Shown piece by piece: positions 36,094-48,285 of a stretch of 64,000 nucleotides of DNA. The DNA is from Lophium mytilinum (Eukaryota): contig MU004191.1 in assembly GCA_010093605.1 (NCBI GenBank), positions 728,816 through 792,815 of the forward strand, given 5' to 3'. Under the pieces are notes generated by a model that had not been told where the DNA came from, did not search any database, and saw only the letters and a list, made by a program, of their open reading frames with translations. Positions within the stretch are counted from its first letter, which is position 1, and every line of letters begins with the position of its first letter. The position numbers and the translations under genes are program-made.

Positions 36094-37110
36094 ATTGCCC
36101 CCCTCCAAAGAGAGCGGGTGTCCTTATCCGCATGCTAGAGATTAGAAGAAAAGGTCCCTAGAAAGCGGGTGTCCTCTAATATAAACTAAAGAAAGAGGGA
36201 ATTAAAAGGAAAATAGGCATATTAGGGCTATACGCCGGGTATAATAAACTAGAGCTAAGAAAAGAGTTTAAAGAAAAATAGGCATAATAGAGCTATATAC
36301 TAAGTATAGTAAATCTTAGTTACTAGATATTTAAGTACTTCTAGGTAATTAAACTATAGCTAATTAAACTAGAAGGTAATACTATAGATAATTAAGTCTT
36401 TCTTTTATATTTAGATTTACGCGTAGTATATAGATAAGAGTTCTTAGAAATAGTTATAGAAAATTTCTTTATAAGATTATATAGTTTCTACTATTATATA
36501 CTTACTTAAATAGTTATAGATAGCTACTTAGGTTTTAGTCTTATAGCTAAAAATACTATTAGCTCTAGTAGGCTATCTTTAGATAGAATAGGCGTATTTT
36601 ATTATAAGTAAATATTCTATATACTTAATAATAACTTCTATATTTTATATTTATTCTTCTTTACTTATATAAAATTAAACTTAGTATTATTTAAATCTCT
36701 ATTATTTATATCTCTATTATAACTACTATAGGTTTTATATAATTATAGGCTATATATATTATTTAGAATATTATTAAGTATATTAGTAACTTTCTTTTAT
36801 AGATTAAAAGCTTTATATTTAAGGCTACTTATTTCTAGCCTCTTTATCTATAAGTATTTATTAGAGTATATAGCTAGTATAGACTATACTTTTCTTCTAT
36901 TTTTAAATATTTCTATAAATATTTACTATAGAATAAAATTACTATATTATTACTTAACTAGTCTCTATTATACTAGGGTTAGTAGGGGTTATACTAGGCT
37001 AAATAGAGCTAGTAGAGCTAGTATAGCTACTAGGGCTAGCTATAGAGCTTATAGAGTTAATAGAGCTAGTAAAGCTACTAGAGCTAGATATAAAGCTAGT
37101 AGAGTTAGTA

Positions 37111-37288
37111 TATTATAGTTCTATAGTTAATAGGCTCTAGTATATAGTATATAATAGATATTTATATATATATCTAGCTAGATACTAGTATTTTATATAC
37201 TAATACCTATATAGCCCTTAAGGCTATATCTACTAGCTAGTAATAGAATACCTTTTACCTCTACTTTTATTACACTTAAACTATACTA
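37111..37288 (+). repeat. 5' LTR of element D
   Basis: Colinear with 61786-61963; all differences are transitions. Confidence 0.93.
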
Positions 37289-37389
37289 TTTAGTAGCTTA
37301 GTACTATACTAGTAGAGCTTTATTAGCTTACTAGCTTACTTATTATAAGTACTAGATTTATAGTTCTCTAAGAACCTTAGAATTATTAC

Positions 37390-37589
37390 TATTATAGCTA
37401 TATAATTATATATAATATATAACTAGAGGTTATATAATAGAGGCTCTATAGAATAGATAAATATTACTCCGCTCTTTAGGTTATTATAATATCTATTCTA
37501 GAAACCTCTTTCTCTCTTATATTTATCTTTTATTAATATTAATACTATTTAATTTAATAATTCTAACATTCTAACCTTAAGCCCTAATA
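37390..37589 (+). repeat. 5' LTR of element B
   Basis: Colinear with 45838-46037. Confidence 0.95.
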
Positions 37590-40500
37590 TAAGATAAATA
37601 CTCTTCTAGCTTCTAGAAGTAATAGAAGCACCCCTAGAAATTTTCTATAATAGAGTGCGCTTTTATAATAAGCTATAGAATACCTATACCTTTCTATATA
37701 GTAACTATTAGTAGAGTTATAGACCCCTAATAAAGACTATACTAATATAGTATTCTATTAGTAGCGCCGCAGGCCCCTAATAAAGTAATCTAACTATTAT
37801 ACGCAATATTAGGTAATAGACCTTATAACTATAGTAAACGCTCTATAATAAGCCCCTATAATAGAAAAGTAGTAGTAGTACTCTAGAAAGTCTCTACTAA
37901 TTATTAATTACTTTAATAGCTCTATAACTTCTTCTTCTATTTACTATTACTATATAAAGACTAACGCCTAGAAAGCTTAGTATAGATAATAGCGCGTACA
38001 CGCGCCTAGTATTACTAATTAATTACTATTACTATATAGAGACTAACGCCCGGAAAGCTTAGTATTAATAATAGCTAGCCTACGCGTATACTTAGTATTA
38101 TAGAATAAATATTTATAGACTACCTATTTTCTATATACTATCTATTTTCTATATACTACCTATTTTATAAATAGACTATCTAATACTAAACTTATTTACT
38201 ATAGCCTCTAGATAGTCCCGCGGCTAGGTATAACTAGTACTACTAGTACTACCCTTTTAAACCTTCCACGCGTCTAAGAGCGCGTAGTAAATAACCTAAT
38301 TTTAATAGGCTCTTGCATATAAATTTAATACCTTACCCCTTTAAGTTTCCTTTCTTCTATACTAACTTTTTCCACCTTCTTATATAGCTAACTCTAATTA
38401 CTATACTTTTAACCGCGCTAAAGCTCTATAGTTTAGTAACTCCGTCTCTAGTAAATACTCTACTACTAGACGCCTATTTAGTAATACTAATAGCATGCCT
38501 ATTAACCCTCGCCGCATTAGCATTATATTATAATAAGAAGGCGCTCTAAACCTATAGCACCTTCTTATAGAAGATAATAATAATAATATAATATAGATTA
38601 ATTATAGCCTACAGCCTCCTCTTATTTAACTAATAAATCCACCCTTCTAGAGCGCTACTTAGTCTTAGTTATAGATATTAGCTACTACTTTTTAACCTCT
38701 ATCTATTAGACTAATCTCTTCTATTACGCCCGCTAAGCTCTAATATTATTAAACTAAGTTTAGTACTATAGGTAAACCCCTACTAGTTACTCTAGCTCCT
38801 CTAGTAGAGATAATACTTCTAATATCTTACGTTAGTAGTTATATACTAGGCAACTTCTATTTATCTACTATAGATAATATAACTACTAGACTTAATAATA
38901 TAGCTACCGGACTTAATAATATAGCTACCGGACTTAATAACACTACCGCCTATAATAAGGACTCCTCCTCTAACTTTAATTCCGCTGATAAATATAACTA
39001 TTAAGAGGAGGAATATTAGTTTAGTAATAATATAGATAATAAAGTTAATAAACTTAAAATAGCCTACTAAGGTATTACTATTAATACTTCTAACGCTATA
39101 GCGTACTATAATACTATTTCTAAAATATATTAGTCCCGCAACTCTAAGTATCTAAGAATACTACTAGTTTATAGTATTCCCTTCCCTAATATATTTCTAT
39201 TACGGCACTAATCTACCCGCGTTAAATTAATTACTAGACTTAACACTTCTAACTTAGCCTAGTAAGTAGCGGGTATAGAATAAAGTAATAAGTAATATAT
39301 TATAATACATATAGAAGACTATTAATAATTATATCTAGTAATTATATAGCGCGCTAGCAGCTCTATCTTTAAGATGTAGTATAGTAATAGACTATAAGAA
39401 TAATATAAGCTTTAAAACCTATAGAAGCTTATTTAAAATATTTAACTAGCACTATAATAATAGTAGAACTATATTATACTAGTAGATAAGAACTATAATA
39501 ACTCTAAGTATAGAATAAATATTACTATATAAGAATAAGACGCTACTAATACTACTATTAAGAACCTAAATAAGAAATATTTACTTACTAATAATAAACT
39601 CTCTAAGCTTTAGATGCAGGTCCGCACTCTTAACTATAAACTTAAGTTTAAGTAGATAGAGTTAGCCCGCGTATAACGCCTACGTAATAAAAAGCACGCT
39701 AACTTCTAGGCCTAAACCCTTTAGCTTAATAACCTAGAAGCTAAATACTAATAGGCCTTAATGCGGATTACCTAGCTTAAAGCTTAAGTCTAATAGAATA
39801 TATTAGCGGAATAACCTAATAATCTATATATAGATAAATACTCTAATTATAATTCTACTAATAAGGCCTTTCTACCGCTACTAGTAGAACTATACACCCT
39901 TAACCTAAATAAGTTCTAGCGTAACCGCGTTTTAGAATAATACTTTACTACTACTAGAGGTAGAGGTAGAGGTAGAGGTAGAGATAATCTAAATCTAAGC
40001 TAACTAGGCGGTTTTACTTAGCTATAGGTCTATGGACCCGTCTATCCTTAATTTAGATAATAAGGCTCTTAACCTAAGTATACCTACTTATAGGACTTTA
40101 AATTAAAAGCTTTAGTATATATAGCCTAGAAGAACTATCTAATCTACTTAGTCTAAGTAGACTAGTAGACCTATTCTATAGCTATAACCTAAATCTAACT
40201 TACTATTAGCTACTATAAGGGGCGTATATATAAGGTTATAGAAGACTATAGTCTTCTTATATCTACTAACCTATATTAATTACTTAAGAAACTTATCTAA
40301 AACCTAGACGCTATATTCTAAAAGAGTAACACTATTTATTATAACTGCCTTCTTAACTAGCTTAATAGTAAGGGCATAAAATAGTAATATAATAAAAAGA
40401 CGTTAGACTTTCTATAATATCTTAATATTATTCTTAATAGGCTAAAGTATAGCAAAATTAATAACAGCCTCGCGACTTAATACTGTTACCTTAAGAAAAT

Positions 40501-43500
40501 ACTACGCACTAATCTTGCTAAATATATTAACTTTAGTTTATTAACCTAGTACTAGATAAAAGATAATATCCTATATAAGAACTATTATTGCATTTAACGT
40601 AAAAAATAAGCCTATAAAGAGCTTCTTACTATATAGATCTTAGTATACTAATTAAATAATATATATATATAAGATAGCTATTATAATATAAACTGCGTCT
40701 AATATAAGTAGTTTATTACTAAGACTAATAACTATATTATAGTTAAGAAGACTACTATAGTTCCGTTACTAAGCGTTCTACTATATATTTATTTACGCCT
40801 TAGTAAGAAAGAACGCTGCTTTAGCTACTTTAAGAAGAACTACCGTACTAGCGACTCTAAATGCGCCATGGCTAGAAAGACTATAATAGAGGCTTAGCGC
40901 GATAAGCGCCTTACCGCCGCTAGTATTAATAGTCTAGAACTTAATGCCTTTAACTATAGTAGTAACTAAAAGTATTAGTATAAGTATAAATATAAGAATA
41001 AATAGGGATAAGATAATAAAGAAGTTTATTCTAATAGTTTAGAAAATACTTAATCTCTAATAAAAGTTATTATTAGAGATAGTTAGAAGATACGCTAGCT
41101 TAAGCTCTTATATATATCTAAGAGCTTAAGCTACCCCCTCTAAAACCCCCTAATATTAAACTTTTAGCTTACGCTATTAGACTTGCCCTATTATTAAGTA
41201 AATAGATAGACTTTAACTATAGAATTAAAACTTTAACTAGAATAGCTAAATCTATAGTCCTTATAGACTCTAGATGCAGCGGATTTATATTTATTTCTAT
41301 AAGCTTTATAAAATACTATAAACTTAATATCTATAAGGCTACTCCGTGTAATATTAAACTGCTAAATAGTTCTACCTTAGTTATTAATAAAGTAGCTAAA
41401 GTTACTATGCAGATTAAAGGACACTATAATAAATTCTAGGCCCTTATCTATAATCTTAAAGGCTATAATATTATTCTTAGTATAGGCTAGCTTATAATAT
41501 ATAATACCTATATAAAATTTAGTACCTAGATAATATAACTAGACTTAAATTACTACTATTCTTAGTGCCTAGTTAATTATAAACTAGTCTATATCTAGTC
41601 TAAAGACCCTATTACCTATACTAGTAAACGCCTATTCTAGTAGAAGCTTAACACCTAACTTACTACTTTTAAAGCGCTTAATATTAACATAGTATCTAGT
41701 AATAAGTATTTATATAACTTCTAGTAGTTACTAGAGAAAGATACTATCTATATATAGCCTAAGTATTTTAAACTAACGCTTATAGATAAGAGAGAGAAAG
41801 CCTAAGCGCGCGCTAATAGGCGCCTATATAAACTAGGTAATACTATCCTAGGTCTAGTAAATTTTACTAATAACCTAGCGGCTATTAGTCTCTACGTAAT
41901 ATTAAAGGACAATTAATAAAAATTCTTTAAGAAGATAGAGCGCAAGCTAATAACTTATAATAAACTTAAAGCGCTAGTGCCTATTAAATATTATAGCTTT
42001 CTTAATATATAGAATCTAAAGAAAGCTAATAAGCTTCTACCCTATTATAAAGTAAAGGACGGCACTAATATTAACTACTATATTAATATTAAGCTAGAAA
42101 CTAAGGCCCCGGCCTATAAAGTCTATAGGCTCTTATAAGATAAAATACTAGTAGTTAAAATATTTATTAATAAAATATATAGTAAAGGCTATATTAGAAA
42201 AAGTAATAGTTAGTATACTACTTCTATTATTATTATCTATAAACTAGAGGGAGGCCTTTATATTTATATAGACTATTAAGGCCTTAACACTATTATAATT
42301 AAAGCTTATAACGTTCCGCCGGCTATAAAAGATACTCTTGCGCTATTAAAATATGCTAGATATTACATAAAGTTTAACATTATAGCCGCTTTTAACGCTA
42401 TTAGAATATAAGAAGAAGATAAGAAATACACGGCTTTTCTTATAAGATATAGCCTATTTAAGTTTACTATCTTACCTTTTAGCCTATATAACGCTCTAGC
42501 GACCTTCTAGGCCTTTATTAATAATATTCTACTTAAATACCTTAATAACTTCTATACGGCCTATCTTAATAATATTCTTATCTTTAGTAAGACGTTAGAG
42601 GAATATATAGGCTATATTAAGAAAGTCCTTTAATAACTTTATAAAGCCGGCCTATTCCTTAATATTATAAAATGTAAGTTCTATAAATAAGAGGTTAAGT
42701 ACCTAGGCATTATTATTAGTGTTAACAGCCTTAAGATAGATCTAGCTAAGGTTAAAATAGTTATTAACTAGCTATAACTATAGAACCTCTATAATATATA
42801 AGCTTTTCTAGGCTTCTATAACTTCTACTAGCGATTTATTATTACCTATTCTAATATTACAGGGCCGCTTATAAGACTTACTAGAGTAGAGGTCTATAAG
42901 TAGTTTACCTTTCTATAGTAGAAAGGTAGCTTAAAGAACTTCTTCTTTAAGTAGATAAAATAAGCGTTTATTAATGCTTCTTAGATAGCCTACTTTAATC
43001 TAAATCTAAAGATCTAGGTAGAATATAATATATTTAATACTATTATAGCTACTATACTATTCTAAATATAAGCTAATAGCATCCTCTATTCTATTGCGTT
43101 TATATCTTACTAAATAAGCACAGCCTAACTTAATTATTAAATCTATAATAAAGAACTTCTAGCAATTATCCGCGCCTTTAAAGAATAGCGTATAGAACTT
43201 ACTAGTTATAGCTATAGTAACCCTATTAAAGTCCTTTTAGACTACTAGACATTATAGTATTTTATAGAAACTAAGTAGCTTAACTAGAGATAAGCTAGAT
43301 AGGCTAAATTCCTCTTAGAGTTTAACTTCTAGATTACTTATAGGCTAGGTAAGAATAATAGCAAGGCTAATTTACTAACTAGGCGCCCAGGCAATATACT
43401 AGATTAGGATAATAAATGCTATAAAATCTAGCAATAAACTATCCTTAAGAATTATAATCTAGAACTAGAAATGCGTTACGCTATTAAACTAGTATATATT

Positions 43501-45520
43501 ATAACTAACGGCATTATATATAATATAGTCTCTCTTATAGTAATAATATATAACCTTAGTAAAGTAAAACTTAATTAGGGGGAGTTATAAAATAACTCTA
43601 ATAAAGAACTGCTAGAGCTACTAAGTAGGCAGAGGGAGTTATAGAGTAGCCCTGCTAAAGATGCAGTAGATTAAGATATTATAGATTATATATAAGAAGC
43701 TCTTACTAATAATATTATTACTAACGCCATTAAAGATGCTATTAGAGCTAAGCTTTACTACTTACCTACTAACATTATTAAGAACTACAGCGTTAAGCTT
43801 AAACTCCATAACTATATAATTTATAATAGCCTTATCTTTATTTAAAAGGACTGTCTATATATTTCTACTAAGAAGAAACTCTAGTTAGCTATTATTAAAA
43901 GCCTATATAAATCTCCCCTAGTTAGCTATAGTAGAACTACGTCTATATATAACTAAGTTTTAATATATTACTTCTAGCTATAAATAACTAATAATATTAA
44001 CTACTATATTAAGGCTTACTAACTATATAACTATATTAAGTACGCACGTAATATAAAGTAAGGCTTTCTTAAACTACTTTCTATTTCTAAGAGGTACTAG
44101 ACTAAGCTTATAGTTAATTTTATTAGTCCCCTACCTATATACTTATAATTTAGATAAGACTACTAATATATTATAGTTATTATTAATAGACTATCTAAGA
44201 TGCGCAAGTTTATCCCTATAGTAATAATAGACGCTAAGAAAGTCGCCTAAGCATTTCTAGAATAGATCTAGCGTATAGAAGGATACCTAGAATTAATTAT
44301 CTCTAATTAGGGTTCTTAATTTATTTCTACCTTTTAGTCTCGCCTATATAAATATATTAGTATAAAACTAAAGCTATCTACTATATTTTACTCTAAAATA
44401 GATAGATAGACTAAAATTACTAATATAGGCCTAAAGTAGTTCCTCTAAGCATATATTAACTACTAATAAGATAACTAGGTTAATTACCTTACTGTAGCTA
44501 AATTTAAGGCTAACTCTATAAAGAACGCCTCTACTAGTATAGCCTCTTTTATAGCTACTAAAGGCTATATTCTAAATACTAGCACTATACTAGCTATATA
44601 ACTACCCCCTAATATAAACGCACTAATAGTTTAACTTATAGAATAAGTAGATAGGCTAGTAGATAGACTTAATAAGTTACGCGCCTTTCTCTATTAAGAA
44701 CTTAAATAGGCCTAAGCTAAATAGAAAGAATATACTAATACTAGATAATGGGCAGCTTATATATATTATCTAGGTAATATAGTTATACTTAATATACGCT
44801 TTATTAAAATAACTCGCCTAAATAAGAAACTTAACTTAAGAAACTTAGCCTCTTTAAAGTTCTAACTAGCTATAAAAACGGCAGCGTATATAAGCTTAAG
44901 CTACCTAAAGGTATAGAAAACCTGCACCCTATCTTCTATTCTTAGCTACTCTACCTAGCTAACGCGGTCCCTATAAAAGGATAGTATAACCCTATACCCC
45001 TACCTATATAGATAACGCTAACGTATTAAAAAGGTAATACTAAGAAGATTATTAACTACTATCTTAATAGAAGATAACTTAACTCTACTATAGGTAAAAG
45101 GGGTATACTTTAGTATAAAATTAAGTTTATTAGCTATAATAAACTCTAATAGGACAACTATAAATATGCTAATAGCTACCCCCGCCTTATTATAGACTTT
45201 TACTACCGTTACCTATACCCTAAGAAACTAAAACCTTATCCATTATTTAAACTACTATTAGACTAGAAACTAACTTTAGCTACTATTCTTACCGCTATAG
45301 ACCTCTATATAACTAACGCTATAGAAGCTATATAATTTAATTACTAGACCGGCGGTTAAATTAATTTATTAAGAAGGCCTAACTGCGGACGTGCGCAATA
45401 ATTAATATAATATAATAATATAGATTATTATAAGTACCTAGTAGCAGGCTAGCAGCTATAAAGGCTATATAGCTCCTAATAGCTCTATTATAGCCGGCCC
45501 TAGTTTAAATAAATAAGAAG

Positions 45521-45622
45521 ATAGTAATACTATATATAGTAATACTGCGTATAGTAATACTATATATAGTAATACTATATATAGTAACACTATATATAGT
45601 AATACTACGTATAGTAATACTA
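45521..45622. repeat. 15-bp tandem array (~7 copies) in the 3' non-coding region of B
   Basis: ATAGTAATACTATAT unit with ..TGCGT/..TACGT variants. Confidence 0.9.
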
Positions 45623-45837
45623 CTATACTAAAATAGTAAGGCTATAGTAGGCTATATAAAAATAGAAAGAATAAGTAATCCTCTATAAATTAATTTATTT
45701 CCTTTATTTACTTACAGCTAAAATATAATTAGGCACTTTCTTTAATAGATATTTAAGTAATTATAAATACCCTAGTATAGAAAGAACTCTCTCTTATAAA
45801 AGCTTTAATTAGGGGGCTTCTTTAGAGGGGGGAGACG

Positions 45838-46037
45838 TATTATAGCTATATAATTGCGCATAATATATAACTAGAGGTTACGTAATAGAGGCTCTATAGA
45901 ATAGGTAAACGTTGCTCTGCCCTTTAGGTTATTATAACGTCTATCCTAGAAACCTCTTTCTCTCTTATATTTATCTTTTATTAATATTAATACTATTTAA
46001 TTTAATAATTCCAACGTTCTAACCTTAAGCCCTAATA
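45838..46037 (+). repeat. 3' LTR of element B
   Basis: Preceded by AGAGGGGGGAGACG, followed by TSD ATTAC. Confidence 0.95.
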
Positions 46038-48083
46038 ATTACTATAGATATCTACGTTACTATAGTTATCTATAATATTAATAATATCTATTAACTCTAC
46101 TAGCCTATATTAGTAATAGCTTCTATAAGCTAGATATATATAATAGCTTCTATAAGCTAGATAGGCCTATCTATTAGTCTTAGATTTCTAGTTACTAATA
46201 TTTTAGAACGCTATAAATCTAGCTTCTTAAGCTTTAATTAATAAGCTATTTTTAATAACTTTCTAGAAATCTATTATAACTTTCTAGAAACCTTTAATAA
46301 CTTTCTAGTAAGCCTTTTATATCTTCTAGAAGTTACTATTATACGTTCTATAGGTTTTAAGTAAGTAGTTCTATAGTATAGAGAAAATTATATTATTAAT
46401 AAACTCTATCTACTTTTCTTTCTATACTTAACTTAAACTCTTCTCTTTATTAACTTCTTATTTATTAATATCTACCTTATTATATACGCTAGTAATAAGC
46501 TCTTTAACGCCTATATAGAAGAAGACTCTTATTAGTAATATTACTAAATAAGTTAATAATACTATTAACTTAAATATCTATATTTTATAAGCCGCCTTTT
46601 ATCTTTTATAGCTACTATTAGTTTTATACGGCCGCCCTTAATCTTTTATAGCCGCTATTATTTATAGGCCGTTATTAATAACTCTAATATTAGAGATACT
46701 ATTATCTATACTTTATATCTATAACTAGCTTAACTAGTAGTACTTTTTTTCTATAGTATATATACTCTAACCTACCTTAAAATATTATTTATCTTAGGCA
46801 CTAGCTATATACTTTTAAGCGTGCTAATACTAGGTAAGTATAGAGTTAGATACTTAACACCGCTCTTAGTAGTAGGTTTCTTATCTAGTTTCTAATAGCT
46901 AAATATATACTTAGTAGTAAAGCTTACCCCTTAAAGTAGTTATTATTAGCTTATACTCTCTAAGCTAATATTAGAAACTTCTTATAATAGCTTAAGTATT
47001 ATTAGGTTACTATTAGTATTAACTCCCTCTATTTAATAGATTCTAGGTATATAAACTAAATAGAGTAGATTCTATATAATAATACTTAGAATCTATTATC
47101 TAATATAGCTACTAACTTTATAGCCTAATAGTAGGCTTAGATTATACTAATTATCTAATAATCTATTAACTAGGCCGTCTAATAGGCCTTTTAGGCTCTC
47201 TAGCTTTCTTAAGAATAGGCTAGCCTATAGGGCCTACTCGGGCCGCTAGAAGCGCCTAGTACTTAAGGCCCTGCGGGTGTAGACAAAGCCAGTACTAGAG
47301 GCAGTAACTTCTATATCTAAGAAGTTAGGTTCTTCTAGCTAGACTCTAATACTAATAATATATTTTATATTAGTAATAATATATATATTAGTAATATATA
47401 TATCTTTATTAAGTATATTAAGAATATTACTAGATTATTTAGATATTCTAAAGACTTTATAAAGAATAAGCTACTCTAGTATCTATATAGTAGCGCGCTT
47501 ATATAGTTTATCTTAGCCCTTATAAATCTTAAAAAGGGCGGCCTCTACTAGCTAACCCTTAAAGAAGGCTAGTATAAAGCTTTAATCTACTAGTTTAAGA
47601 AGCCTCTTATAAAGTTACTATTAAAGCTAATATTAGTATTATATACTCTTTAGAATACTAGAATAGACTATAGCCTATCTACCTATATCTATAATATCCT
47701 CTATAATACTAGAGCCTCTAACCTAGAATAGATAGATAATAGGCTTATCTTTATCTAGAAGGGTATAGATCCGCTTCTATATAATAGCTTCTTAGCGCCT
47801 ACTAAGAATATAGCTATCTATAAATTTATCTAGATATTAGAGTTCTAATATAATAATTAGATAGACCTTACTAGTATCTACTTATAAGGCTTAGTAATAA
47901 TAGCTTCTAGAAATAGTTAGTACTCTTTTTTCTCTTCTTAATAGAATTTCTAGCCGTTTTTCCGCCTAAATTAAAACTAGAACTAGTAGTACTAATAGTA
48001 CCGCGGGTTCTTAAACTAATCCGGGGGTTAATTTAATAATATTAATTCTTAATCTAATACTTACGCCCTATAATAGTAAAGCG

Positions 48084-48285
48084 TGTTATAGACTATAAAA
48101 AGTAAGGTATAAAGTATAGTATTAAGTAAGAAATAGGGTATATTTATAAAGATAAAGTTATATAAAGATAGAGATTCTATATAGTGTAGGCTAAATATAG
48201 GCTAGAGGTATAAAACTGCGCTAGCGCATAGGCTTATATAATATAGCTAAGAGTATATAATATATATAGAGCTAGATCTATTATA
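48084..48285 (-). repeat. 3' LTR of element C
   Basis: Colinear with 55777-55978, adjacent to CTACCCCCCT (PPT on minus strand). Confidence 0.95.

Larger units (their letters stand above)
37390..46037 (+). mobile_element. Ty3/Gypsy chromovirus B (8648 bp) nested in D, RIP-degraded
   Basis: 200-bp LTRs 37390-37589 and 45838-46037; TSD ATTAC at 37385-37389 and 46038-46042; PPT before 45838. Gag knuckle ~40814, protease LIDSRC (=LIDSG) ~41260, RT YLNNILIFS 42562, RNase H NY*IYNKELLAI ~43132, integrase, and chromodomain-like end. Confidence 0.95.
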
